DNA of 64,000 nucleotides, taken from Camelus dromedarius. Its lineage: Eukaryota. Both the position numbers and the translations under genes were made by a program. Positions 50,049 through 63,044 of this stretch are shown piece after piece. The stretch's first letter is position 1. The number at the start of each line of letters is the position of its first letter. Location of the stretch: contig NC_087447.1 of NCBI RefSeq assembly GCF_036321535.1, forward strand, positions 32,180,001 to 32,244,000, given 5' to 3'. The notes below the pieces were generated by a model, which saw only the letters and a list, made by a program, of their open reading frames with translations, was not told the origin of the DNA and ran no database searches.

Positions 50049-51749
50049 ATAATACTTTGTGGGGGTGTACAGGAAAAAAAAATCTTGTAGCTGGATCTTC
50101 TGAACCAGGACCCCACAGCCCTCTGTGAAAAATCAGTTCTCTTACTAGGATTCTGGCAGCGAGACCCTCAAGGACATCTTTTCCTTGGGGAAAGCTTTGG
50201 CCAAAAGTGATATTTCAGCCTGAAATGAGGGGGAAAATTTCTAATTCCCTGAGCTTGTTGTTAAAGCCACTGAAGATATTTCTCTCCTTTGAAACAATTT
50301 ATTTTGACTGGTGCTAGAGGCCCTAACAAATTCACAGTAGTCAGAGTGATAGCTTTGAAATTGTGGGAGTAAAGATTTTCTGCAACATCATTTGGATTTA
50401 ATCACAGAATTGGAGGAAAGGAGTAAAAGCTGTTTGAAAAAAAATTTCAAAAAACAACAAAAAAAATTGAACTGCTTCATGGATATTGCCAGAAATTAAG
50501 AAAAATTTCTAAAATAAATTGCTATTATTTATTTATTTTTAAATAGCAACTCCAGATTTGATCCCTGAGCTTCACCGAAGTGCTTTATCTCACAAATTGG
50601 AGAAGGTCTAAATGATACACTATTTCTTTCTTGAAATATGTCCCCCAGGAGCAAGTTCTCTGTGGTTGCTTTGAAATTAGCCAAATTGTATTGGGTTCTT
50701 CACTGGAGTGAAATGAGATCTTTAGTTTAAAAGTAAGCAAGTATAATTGGAACATAAATAATTTCAGAACATTTTGGTCTAGGCCTAAACTAGCACGTGA
50801 ATAATTGTGGGTCAGGCCCCTGGGAGTATTTGGTAGACACAGGTGGAGAGCGTGCATTCCAAATATTGCCTTGAGGGGTCCAAGCCTAATGCTAAGGGCA
50901 GACAAACCTCTGCTTTTTCAGTCAAAGAGCGTCTACAGAAGGCCTTCTGCTCCATTGCTCACCCCCACGGAGAACAGAGCCCCCCAGCCTTTCCCGGTCA
51001 GCCACAGAAGCAGGAGCAACCCAGCTCATGAAAGCTCTCTTTGCCTCAGCAAACATCAATAGTCACAGTTCCCAGCCTGAGAGCTGCTTCCCCACCAAAC
51101 AAAAGGTGAAATTAGGATAAATGGGACTTGGGAAAATAACGACTTGGAAGCTACTGGAACAGCTACCTTGGAGGAGTGGAATGCAGAGAGAGTCACCAGC
51201 TACTATGCAGAAGGGAGTGGCAGATGAAACCTAGACGCCAGAGGGCCCACCGTCACTGCTGCTCATTTGCGTGGCCCCTATCGTCCAGGAGTAGGACATC
51301 CATACTCCACAAAGGGGCTGCTTGTCAAAAAGTAGCAACTTCACAATGAGTAAGCATCTTTGTCTGCCTCCCATATAAAAATGTGATTGAAGGGAAAAAC
51401 ATAATTGGAGCCTCCTTCCTGGCTCCTCAGTTGTCTAAATCTTACAAGAAGTTCATCTCTAAGTAAAAAATTATATTGTCCTTCGACCTTCTTTTCTTCC
51501 TTGTAGCCCAGTTCTTTCATTTTCTTTTTGTGTCTGATGTGATAAATACATTCTCAGGAAAGTGTCCTGGATTTTAATGGCTTATTCTTCCCAGAGCTGT
51601 GGCTTCTAAAACGATCATGAGAATACTGATAACCTAAAATAATGAATCTCTGAGGGTGAGCTTTCTAGATCCACCGTCGTTGATTGATGGAAGGAGAAGA
51701 GGGGTCTGCCTGCAAGCCACAAGCTGAGAGCACTAAATGTTCCCCAATT

Positions 51750-52860
51750 TCATTCATTCATCCACTCTCTCACTCATTTATTCACATAACAAACATGAAC
51801 TCCAATAAACAGACCACTGTGCTCATTATTGACCCCATCTATCCATATCCACATCACATAACACAGAGACCAAAAAGACACAGACCCCGATTTAAGGAAA
51901 TTTACAGTTTGGTACAAGGGACAAGCAGGTAAAAAAAGCACAAAGACACCAAATACATCATAGAGGTAAAAGCAACATGCTACATACAGAATACAGAGGA
52001 GTGAACAAATAATTCTGATAGGAAGACACATAATTGATTCAAGTTTTGAAGCGAGAGTATATCAATGGTACAGTGGTGGAGTGCGAACCTCCTGGGCTGT
52101 GTAAACAGCGGACAGAAGCTCTGAACATAGAAGCAGATCCTGGCCAGAGCATAAAATGTCAGGTCACTGGATGCCATGCTAAAGAGTTTGGAAAAGTCTG
52201 TTAGTAACTGTATTCATTTCACAAGGATGCTGTAACAAATTAGCACAAACGTGTTGACTATAAACAACAGGAATTTTCTCTCTCACAGCTCTGGAGGTCA
52301 GAAGTCCAAAAATTAAGGTGCTGGTAGGATCATGATCTCTCCGAAGGCTCTAGGAAAAAAATCTGTCCTTGGAGTTGTTTTAGCCAGTAAGTCTTAGTAG
52401 TCCTTGGCTTGTAGCTGAATAACTACACATTCTGCCTTTGTCTTCATGGCTGTCCTCTCTGCATCTATCTCTGTTTCTCTGTTTTCTCTTCTTACAAGGA
52501 CACCAGTCATTGGATTAGGGCCCACTCTAACCCAGTATGATTTCATCTGACTAACTGCATCTGTAAAGACCCTATTTCCAAATAAGGTCACATTTTAAGG
52601 TTCCAGGTAGACATGAATTTTGGAGGAACACTGTTCAACCCAGCATGGTAATTGACATCATTTACCATTTTTGAGGCAAAGGGTAGGATAATCTAACTGT
52701 CAGAGCTTCAAGCAGGCAAGCTTTGTGTTTAATACCTGTCATTAAAATCTTCTTGGTAAAAACAAGATCACTTACTATTTCAAAAGTAGCGTAGACTGAT
52801 TATCCAGTCAGATGTGTAAGGATAAAGGAAGAGGAAGGGGTCAATGATAACTCAGGTTTC
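51750..52860 (-). mobile_element. L2 remnant split by an MLT1 LTR
   Basis: ttcattcattcatccactc 3' tail; tttaaggaaatttacagtttggt; ggatgccatgctaaagagtttgga; gtcaatgataactcaggtttcc. Confidence 0.55.
52209..52647 (-). mobile_element. MaLR solo LTR (MLT1C-like) with 5-bp TSD
   Basis: tgtattcatttcacaaggatgctgtaacaaattagcacaaac...aaggacaccagtcattggattagggcccactctaa...gaccctatttccaaataaggtcacatt; TSD gtaac (52204-52208) / gtaat (52648-52652). Confidence 0.9.
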
Positions 52861-53077
52861 CAGTGGAGGTGATAATAATGATGATGATGGTGGTACCCAA
52901 CATTTGTTGAGTGCTTTCTATATGCTAGGCATTTTACTTCTAACTGCTAGAACTTTATTAATGCTTATAACCATCCTAGTAAGAAAGATTTTTACCATGT
53001 CGCAGGTGGTAAAATGTTTGCCATCTTGCAAGCAATAAAACTGAGGCATAGAGAGGTTAAGTACTGTGCTCAAAGTT

Positions 53078-53187
53078 TTAAAATTTATTTTTTAATTAAA
53101 AATTTTTTTCTAATAGTGGTACTGGGGATTGAACCCATGACCTTGTGCATGCTAAGCATGGGCTCTATACCCTGAGCCCTGGTTCTT
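53078..53187 (-). mobile_element. Camelid SINE (Vic-1-like, A-box region altered) inside a minus-strand MIR (~52870-53285)
   Basis: ggtactggggattgaacccatgaccttgtgcatgctaagcatgggctctataccc; TSD-like tgctcaaagtt (53067-53077) / tgctgaaggtt (53188-53198). Confidence 0.8.
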
Positions 53188-53899
53188 TGCTGAAGGTTGC
53201 ACAGCTAATCAGTGTGGGAGCTGGAAAGTGAAGTCAGATTGACTAGCTCCAGAGCTTTGACTTTAACCACTTCACTAGAGCTGCCTCTCTAAGCTGTGTG
53301 GTGGTACTACCTGTAACTGAGAGAACCCAGAAGTCTTACTTGGGCAGAAGATGAAGACTAGGGGAAACAAACTTGGTTGGAAGCCTATTCAAAGAAACGT
53401 GCTTCCTAACACTTCCAAGTTACATTTGGTGCGTTAAGATGAGCACTTCTTCCCTAATACATGTGACTTATGAAAAAAGATGCAAATATACAGAATAAAC
53501 GCTGTGCTACAGCACAGAAATATAATGCCTCAGGCCCCTGTAATTAATTACCAGAGGGCAAGAGTAAATGATAGAAAAGACTCTTCTGCATTTCTCTGTG
53601 GACTTGCTTGTCCAATCTTCATCTCCAGGTCAGTCTACAGCATAGACTGTCCTCCGCTCCTCTGCAGCCCCGGGCAGGGCATTGCAGAGGTCTGGGCACT
53701 GGGATGAAGTGCTGGAGCATCATGTCACAAACTGCTTCATTTCTCTTCTTCATTATTGATGCTATAAAGCCACCTAATTATCAGAAATGTCTTCATACGT
53801 TGCATTTCCATTTTAAAAAGCCTCCTTTAAGCTTAGATTGTCTCTATTTAGCACACATTCTCCTTCCTACAGAGTAGGGTTGGTTTAGTCACCTATTCT

Positions 53900-55935
53900 C
53901 ACTGTTTTCCCTCCTTGATTTCACTCTTCCAGCCACAGTAACCTGCCTTCCACCCCAACAACGTACTGAAATTGCCCTACTAGATTAGCAGTCTCAAATC
54001 AGAGGGTGGCTTCTAACCTTGTGCAATATTTGACATTGATGGCCTCCCCTTCTTTCTCGAAACTCACTGGTTTTGGGGGGTTTTTGGGTGGTTTGGAGAA
54101 CATCACCCCTTCCCAGTTTCTTACCTCCATAGTTTCTTGTGTCCCAGTTTCTTTTTTGAGCACTGATTTCTCTGCTCATAATTTAAATGAGTGACTATCA
54201 AACAATAGGGACATTATGCGTCCCTATTAAGGATATGCCATGGATAAAGATTTTGATAAGGAGCCTCAAAAATGGCCCTCAGTGATCTCTGCCTCATGAT
54301 ATCTACATTCCTTCTGACTTTCCTTATACAAATTCCACTTGCACAACTATTTCCACAGCTGAAAACTGGTCTGAAAGCCAATGAAAGGTCTAAATGCTGG
54401 TGTTTCCCAAGGTTCCATCCTTGGCCTGTTTCTCTTTTCGCTGTACCATTCTCCCTGGGAATCATGCCTATATCCATAGTGATAATTACCTCCCTCTATT
54501 CTCATAGTTCCCACATGCACATTCCTAGACTTACCTCGAAATGTAACTGATCATTGGCCATCTCCAATTCAAGACGGCCAACCACCTTGAATGTCTCACA
54601 GGCACCCAGAAGTGAAAATGTTCAAAACTAAACTTATAAGTATCCTGGCAGAGTATGTCTTCTCCTTCATTTCCCACTTTGACAAATGGTGCTGCCGTCA
54701 CCCAGACAGCCTTAATTTCTCCCTCTCATTCCTCACTGCTATTTCAGTAATATTTCACTCCCATGAAATCCACTTCCTTACTATGCCTTGGACCTAAATC
54801 TTATATCTCCACTATCATTCTCTTAGTTCAGGCCACTGTGATTTCTGCCTTGATTATTTCAACACCCTTGTAAACAATCTACCCACATCCACGTAACACA
54901 GAGCTGGAGAGCTCGGGCTCTTATTTTAGACTTATTTCTAAACCTCAGGTCATTTGAATCTGACCTCTGTTACTTACTTACTATGTTCTATTGGACAAAT
55001 CATTTAATCTGTCTGTTATAATTACATCATCTAAAAAACAAGAATAATAGCACTTTCTTCATAAGATGGTTTTAAGTATATTAGCTGATTTGTGTAACGT
55101 GTTGAGAACACTGCCTGGCATACTGAAAGCTCTCAATAAATGTTAGGGAGTACTGAAAGGCAGTCTAGCAGAGCGGTAAGGGCATGAATTCTTATTTAGT
55201 CATTCATTATCTGAGTGAAACTTAGTTGCTACTTCACTGCTCCGTCCCACCATTTCTTTATCTGTAATAGTACTCAAAACATAAAATTATTGTAATGCTA
55301 CCACATCCTGACTGCTGGCCAAATGTTTTCTGTTCTTATCCACGGAGCCACTTTTAAATCCATCTGTTACCCTGCAAAAGTGATACTTCTAAACCTCAGA
55401 TCTAAACCTCATGACATTCCCTGGCTTACAGCTCTTGGATAGTCCACTTATCACCCCTTAGCACAGCGTCCTAAACCTTCATAATCTGGCAAACCTCTCA
55501 AGCTTCATCTCTCTCATTCCTCCCCGCTGAACCTTACACACCAATCAGACTAAGCTACTTGACCTTCTCCAAGGGCCATGTTCTCAAATGTCTCTCTGTC
55601 ACTGCAAACGCCATCCCTTCTACTATAAATACCTTTTCAACCCTACTGACCTGGCTAACCCCCACCCATCCTTCCAAAATCTAGCTAATGACATTAAGCC
55701 TTCCAGTAAACTTTCCCAACCACCACTGACACCCCATTCAACACACACACACACACACACACACACACCCATGCACACACACAGGTCCTCCCATGAGCAC
55801 CCGTGGTTCTCTGTGCACACCTCTGTACCTAATGTCTACGACACTGTAACTGTGTACATCTCTCTTTCTCCACAAGGCATGAGCTGTGAGTGTGAACATA
55901 CGGAACATTGTAGGCACTCAGTAAATATTTAATCA
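53900..55935 (+). mobile_element. Long fragmented L2 with MIR insertions (~54905-55300) and a (CA)n tract (55741-55767)
   Basis: tctaaatgctggtgtttcccaaggttccatccttggcct; gaatgtctcacaggcaccc; cttagttcaggccactgtgatttct; tgtaggcactcagtaaatattt (3' end). Confidence 0.7.
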
Positions 55936-57463
55936 AGGAGTAAATGAGGGCTCTGATCTCACATTTTTTTCTTTGAGAGAGTGTATGAACTTTCCGTACT
56001 TTGTTCCTGCAGTTGTCTTGTAGCACTGCTTGATAGAGTGCGGCAATGACTCAAGGGATTCTTCATAAAAATCAAACAAGTACATGGTTTCCGGACAATG
56101 AAGAACCCTGAGAAGCTCCCGAAACTTTGTGCTCATCTGTCCAACCTGGACCAAGTGAACAAATCATAACAACCTCTCCAAGCCTGCTTATTCCAGAGCC
56201 TCAGGCAGGTGCATACTTGGCTAGAGTCTACTATTTTTAACCCCCACTCCCTCAAAATCCCATAACAATTATTATGAAATTGAAACTTTTTAAGGATTTC
56301 AAGCAAAAGCTTCAGACCAACACCACCAGCAACATAGGTGCTGTGCCTCATCTTTCAGTGGCTCCCTGACTAGACCTTAGACCGGGGCGCCATCAGCTAG
56401 TGTACTGATTTCCAGTTGGTGGGAGGGCCAAGGTCTGAATCCACAAGTGCCAAAGAAAGACAAGTGAAGAGACCAGTGAGTTTCCTGTCCTTTTAGATAT
56501 AACTGGGGAACTGCTGAGTTCCTGGTTCTTAAAAAATAGATAGGAATGAGAAAGTCATGCTTTTTTTTCTTCCTATATGATTTTCTATTTTGACATAACC
56601 TGAGGAAATAAAATAACTGTTGAGAAATGACATGTTCTGCTGGTTGAAATCAAACAGACTGTCTCAAGTTCCCAACAACAATGAAGATGAGCAGGTCTGT
56701 CTGTACTCCTAATGGGACCTCTTACTGAACCTACTCATTTCATAAAGGTTGAGACCAGCAAAGACAGTTTTTCTCAAGCAGAATCGCTTTCTGTAGCAAG
56801 GAAAGAGAAATGAAGGGAGAAGTACACCTGTAAAAGTGATCAAGATCAAGAAAGAACTCTCTTTATATTCCTAGCCCAGAGAAATGGAATTATTCTTTAA
56901 GAATGTATTTTCAGCACTAGAGTAGGGTGACAATAATGATCAGGGTAAGATTGAAAGAGAGTACTTTATTTTCTTTGTAGTGTATACATCATGTCTCTTC
57001 TCTGTTTTTAAAATCTTTCAACAATATGCCTCACTTCCAGTATAAATTTCCAACATCCTGGGCTATGTTTGCACCTCCCACCTTAAGCAAAAGAGAAAGG
57101 TAGACAGTAACTGAAATGTTCTCTCATGCCCCAGTACCTCTAAGCACACTATTTCCTCTCCCTGGAAAGCAGTGTTTCGAGACTGGTGAGGATCACACAG
57201 TCTAGGATTAAGTGACCAGGTTTCCAAGCCCAGCTCTGCAGTTCTGCTCCGTATGCAGCCTCCATGATGCTACGCAGTGTCTCTCAGGCCCAGCTCACTC
57301 AGTCATGAAGCGGGAAGTGTAAACGGGGTTTGTGTGTGCATGTGTATGTGTGCATATGGCTGTGAAGAATGTATTTAGCTTGGCATATACTAAGCATTTC
57401 ATGGGGCACGGTTATTATATTACATGACACGCCTGTAACTGCCTTGACCCGTCCTCTTCCTGG

Positions 57464-58012
57464 TGACTAAGGTGGCCTTAATGCTTCCCTCAACTTGACT
57501 ACATTTTAGACAGTCTTCTTCCTGACTTCAAGCCTTTCTTAAAAAGAGCATTTAACTTTGAAAACTTGCAATTATAAACCCTTTCTCTGCTCATCTGAGA
57601 TGTAAATCTTGCTTCCATCTCTTGCCAACTTTACAACTCGGAAATCTCTTTCTTGAAGACCTGGGATCCATCTTTTCAGAATGTAATCATCAAGGAAGAC
57701 AGTGCCCTTATCACACAGTCTCCATGGGAGGGCAGGTGTCTAGCTTCGGGAAACACCTTACTGCAAGTTGCAAAGCTACATCCTGTCATTGAGATTGGAT
57801 AAAACAAACTGGTAAACGCAGATGGCCTATGACACACCTCTAATGTCCCGTAGTGCTTTTTCACTACCTTACCCTGGCAATGAAAAACTCTGCCACATTG
57901 TGTTTCAGTGGAGTTGAGTTCAGACTGAGTTTTGACCTCTCTCCCTGATTGTAAGAGACTTGAGTAAAGTCATCCTTGTCTGTTTAACTTTGGTACAATT
58001 TTTGCTTTGATA
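57464..58012 (+). mobile_element. ERV1 solo LTR (MER67/MER31-like) inside an L2 remnant
   Basis: aaggtggccttaatgcttccctcaacttgactacattttagacag...gtttcagtggagttgagttcag...agtaaagtcatccttgtctgtttaac...tttttgctttgata. L2 motifs flank it (57110-57460, 58015-58315), with a MIR at ~57170-57420. Confidence 0.8.
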
Positions 58013-59252
58013 TTAGGTAATCATCATTCATCCTTTCAAGAGCCAGCTTAAATGTTACATTTTTTTTTTTTTAAGGAAGCCTTCCTTAATGACCTCCAGG
58101 CTTCCTTCGCACACAAAGATTTGGTTCTTTCTTTGAAACTTCCCTTAACCTTGGTTACACGTCTCAAAAAAAATGTTTCTTTTTACTGATCTATCATCTC
58201 CCAAAATGGGAGTTCCTTGATACACAAGGATGTCTTGCATCTCTGTATCTCCTGCTTCTAGACCAACTTTTAGTCTAGGATGGACATCAATTAATGGTGG
58301 TTGAATGAATTAATAATCAAATGAACAAAGACGTCAACTCCAAATCTTGCCGTAATATGATGCTAAGCACAGCATGGCCAGCAGGCTACTTTCTGATTAT
58401 TTAGTGTCTGAAGAACCTGAGGCAACCATGAAGAATACAGTGTCTGGTAAATGCACCACACACACAAAATCTAGGCTGAGCACAAAGAGAAGAATATCCT
58501 TCCTCCTTCTGGAATACATCTCATTTTATGTCCTCTACTAATCTCTAGCATTCTGGGGGTCTCAAATGTCTCTGCACATGCTAGGCTAAAACATCTAGTT
58601 TGAGAAACATATGTACGTTAAAGAATTCTTTAATTTACTTTTGGATAGCAAATAATCTTATTCCTTAGCTCAGTTGTTTAGGCTGTAAGTTTGGTAAGCT
58701 GAATGTTAGAATATTGTGAGTTTTGTGTCTGCCTTGACAGTGTTTTCCTAAAAAGGAAGACAGCAGCCTCACTCTTTCATGCCTCCGGGCTCGTACATGC
58801 CAAGGAAAAGCAGACTTCAGGGTTTATAGAGCACATCAATTTCACCACATTCGTGAGGAACACAGCCTACCATTTACTGGGTGCTAATTAGGGGAAACAC
58901 ATTGAGCAAGCACTTTGTAAGCATTGTTTTATTTAAATACCAATTCTGTGATTTAGATGCTGTAATTATTTTTTACTGACCAAGCTCATTTTGTAGAAAT
59001 CTTCCTTTGCTCACTTTGTCCCAGCCACGTGACCTGTCTAGTCCTTGAATTTCCCATCTCGGAGCTGTGGCACGAGCTACTTCCTCCGTCTGCACTCTTT
59101 TCCCCGCAAGTCTTTGGCTGATTCCTTCTCCTCCTGCAGGTATCAGCTTAAATTTCACCTTTTCAGAAAGGCTTTTCTTGACTACCCAAGTTAAAGTCAC
59201 TGCCTACCCCTCCCAAGTCACTCTCTACCTCTTCCTCCTGTCTTCTTTACAT

Positions 59253-60172
59253 CAGAGGTTCTTAAAATGTACTCTGCAGTCTTGTGGGATCTCTGAGACC
59301 CTTTGAGGGGAACCATGAAGAGAACAATATTCTCGTCATATCACTAAGAAGTTATTTGCCTTTTTCACTGTATTGACAAGTGTACTAATGGTGCAAAAAC
59401 AATGGCAGATACAATCCTTGGTGCCTCGGTATGAATCAAGGCATTGGAACCAAGAGCACTAGTGGTCATTGTATTCTTTAGTGCCATGCAGCCACAAGAT
59501 ACAAAAACAAGTACAAATAGGAGCTTAAGAATATCCTTGATGAAGCAGTAAAAATGTATTAATTTTATGAAACCTCCACTCTTGAGTACACACTTTTTCA
59601 ATACTCTAAGTCATGAAATGTGTCGCATGCACACCCAAAGCATACACGATGCAAACCAAAGTATGATTTTCTCAAAGAAAAGCACTAGTAGGATTGAATC
59701 AAGAACAAAATTAGCTTTTTTTTTTTCCCCATGGAACAGCATTTCTAGGCAAAAGCACAACCTAGAAACTTGGATATTTGGCAGACATTTTTTAAAAAGT
59801 AATCAAAGTGAGTCAGTCACTGCAAAGAAAACAACTGATGATATTTGTTGCCAGAAATAAAGTCTGAGTTTTCTAGAAAAAAGTCAGAATTTTGGATAAT
59901 GCATATGTGCCACCATAAATTGAAAGCTTCCACATAACTTAAGATTTTTCTGATATAACAATTGTTGTAATATTAACAAATGGGATTTTTTTTAATATTG
60001 TATATGCACATAACTCAGTGAACCAATACTTTCCAAATGAACAATGCATGATGTTACAAAATCATGAATGGATAAACTATCCACTGATAGTACAAGACAA
60101 ACTGATGGCTATTATTATCGATACAATTTTAGATGCTACATTGCAATTAACATTTAAGAAGCTACCACTTGA
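59253..60172 (+). mobile_element. Charlie1(a)-like hAT transposon, one end missing
   Basis: cagaggttcttaaa...ttatttgcctttttcactgtattgac...atggtgcaaaaacaatgg...gaatcaaggcattggaacc...gtccttgatgaagcagtaaaa-type motif...acattgcaattaacatttaagaagctaccacttg. Confidence 0.85.
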
Positions 60173-62064
60173 CATGTTTTATCACCAGCTTGCATTCTCT
60201 TCTATATCTGAAATTGCTGTTTATTTTCTACCTCCATCCATCGACTGCTAGCGGTGAGAAGAGGGTCTACATCTGTCTATTCACTGGTCTCTCCTGTGCG
60301 TAAGAGAGTGCTTGGCACATACTAAGTGTTCAATAAATCTTTGGTTGCATGAATAAATTCCCATTTTAAAGTTGAAGAAACTTAGTCTTACTGACATCAT
60401 GTGATGTACCCAATGTCACAGATCTAGCCAGTGGCTGAAGAATTCAAATTCAGTTCTGTCCAACTTCAAAGCTCATGCTCTTAGTTAAGTCATTCTACCA
60501 AAGTGCTTCTGCAGTGAAGATTTGGAGATGGTCTTGTCACATGGATACCTAGCTTTAATTTCAACAGACTTTGAGCTTCTGTGAACTTATCTAGCTTCTT
60601 AAGTTTGATATGAACATTCTTTTTAGAACTACAGGGAAATTGAGAATATTTAGTCCAGCTTCTCAAAGACAAACCCAGGGTCACACAGTTACTCATACAT
60701 CTGAGACACAGCCCTGGAACCTCCATCCACACCCATTAGGGATACGTATGTGTGGATCCAAGGCCATGGAAATCACACAAAGCAGTTTTCATTTCTCCTG
60801 CCTTATCTCCAGCTCTTTCTTTTGTAAAACCCAAGATGACAAAGAGAGGCACAGAAGAAACGGGGCCTGGCACGCTACGTTGAGGGATTTCACTTTCTAA
60901 CCACAGCAAGCAGATACTTCTCCAGAGCTGACAACTAGGTCCCACATCTTTCAGAGGTGTGCCTTGATGAATGACACCCAGCTACTCCAAGTGGACCTCA
61001 CCATTCAGAGACTGCAGCCATCAGAATGGAAGCACATCCTGGCCATTCCAGCCCTTGGCAGAAGCACAGAGGGTAAGTCTTTAGCGAACGAGGCCTTTTG
61101 GAAAGGTTCTTGCCAGGTCTTTCTTGAAATTTAATTACTTTCTCTTTGTAGATCACACTTAAAACAAACCAAGAAAAAAAATACTTTGTTGTTACATCAT
61201 TTCCAATGCTGCAAGGCAGTAACCAAATCTAATGTGACTCAAGCCATCACTAAAGATGTTCCACGTGTATGTTTTCAGGTAACACAGCTGGGAAGCCGGA
61301 GAATAAAACGGAAAGGGGCCCAGGTGCTCCTGCTCTCTGCCCTGATGGTCACCAAGGCAATACTTCTCACACACCAATCCCAACGCTCAGGGAAATACTC
61401 TTGATCAAAGTTGGCCTTAAGCACTGAGTGGCTGCTTAGCATGGTAAGCTCACTGGCTTCCAGCACAGAGCAGATGATCGATAAGTGATCACTGAGTGAC
61501 TAATTTTCCACAACGCCAGTACAGATTTCACGTATTCACCCTGAATCTGCTTCCTCTAATCTGGAAACACTGGTTGTACTGAAGACCGAACACTTCTCTG
61601 TCTGTAACAGAGAAGGCGAAATTCGTAAATCACAGCGGTTTACATACTTCTGCTGGTAAAGATGATAATATTTTACCTTTAGAGAGATCTTATATCCAGA
61701 TCACAGCTGTCAGATGAAAATATTGACTCAGCCTACAGCCCGACTACCAAGTATAAAATAGTAACTTCTACCTCTTCTGGGGGAAATTCAAATACATTAT
61801 CATTTGGGATGGGGGTAGGGGGAGTGGGGAGGATATTAAAGAAACCAGATACTTAACTCAAATTAATGGAGTTATTAATAAAAGGTTTAAAATGATCCTA
61901 ATGAATATATTTGCTAATTATTTTCCCCTAACCTTGATATTATTTATTTCTAGGTTTCAATCTGTTATATTCAGACACAAGCACACAATAAGTGCTTAAC
62001 AAATTTTTGTTGGATTAATTTGATGCAGTGGTTCTCAAAGTATGGTCCAAGAACCCCTGGAAGT

Positions 62065-62442
62065 CGTGGTGTGCTGGAGCACCTTCTGTCATCTCATAAA
62101 TATCAACTTTTGAGAATTTTATGAGCCCGTTGTTAAATATGATCATTATTAAAAATTAAATTATAAAAACATACAATTAAATTGTATAAAAATAAAGGTA
62201 ATAAAGACTCCAGACCCATTATTTCCTAAACATTTTACCGCATGTCACTATTTGTAGTCTGTCTATTGTATTTATATGTAGAGATATTATATAACGGTAT
62301 GCTCCTGTGCGTTTCTTCCCAACTCTGCATTACCAGCCATGCTGGGAATATTTACACCAGGGTAACTGGCAAACGCTACACATTGGGCATTTCTTTCCTC
62401 CTTGACGAGTTGGTTATCAAAATATTTACCAGCACACTCACT
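62065..62442 (+). mobile_element. MER63-like hAT-Blackjack element nested in the Charlie1 element
   Basis: Ends gtggtgtgctgg / ccagcacactcac; internal gagcccgttgttaaa...cattattaaaaattaaattata. Confidence 0.85.
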
Positions 62443-62664
62443 TCCTGAGCGTTCTCAAGACGCTTTCAGGTGGTCCACCAAATCCTCTTAATGCAAGAGG
62501 CCAGATTTTCTACATACAGTTAACCAAAACAAATGTTAAAACACACTGAATGCAGAAGCAGATATGAGATTCCAACTGCAAGCTAGATATTAAAGAAATT
62601 TTTTAAAAATGTAAAACTGTGCCCTTCTCACTATTTTTTTCATAAAAATGTGTTATTTGTGTTA

Positions 62665-63044
62665 TGCTAAAGTCAAGACAACGAGCCCCAAATGGGGTTG
62701 CTTATGCTGAGCCCCTCTTCACCAAGTCAAGACTTAACCCCAGTTTCAGCTCTCCCAAAAAATGAAATGTTAAACCAGTCAGGAATCGCCTGATCAGCAT
62801 CAGCTGGGTAATCCGCCTGATAGACCCCTGTCATCCCTCACAGGGAAAGTAACCTTGCAATAACCAATCTACTTTTTTTCCTGGTACAACTGCCTTATTC
62901 CTGCTCACTTCCACCTGTAAAGTCCCTGCCTTGTACAGCTCTTCAGAGCTCTTCTCTCTGCTAGATTGGATGCTGTCTGATTTATGAATCACTGAATAAA
63001 GCCAATAAGACAATTTACTCCGTTGACTTTTCTGGTTTTAAACA
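62665..63044 (+). mobile_element. ERV1-class solo LTR (MER89/MER90-like) nested in the Charlie1 element
   Basis: TG...CA ends, perfect 4-bp TSD gtta (62661-62664 / 63045-63048), AATAAA at ~62995. Confidence 0.88.
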
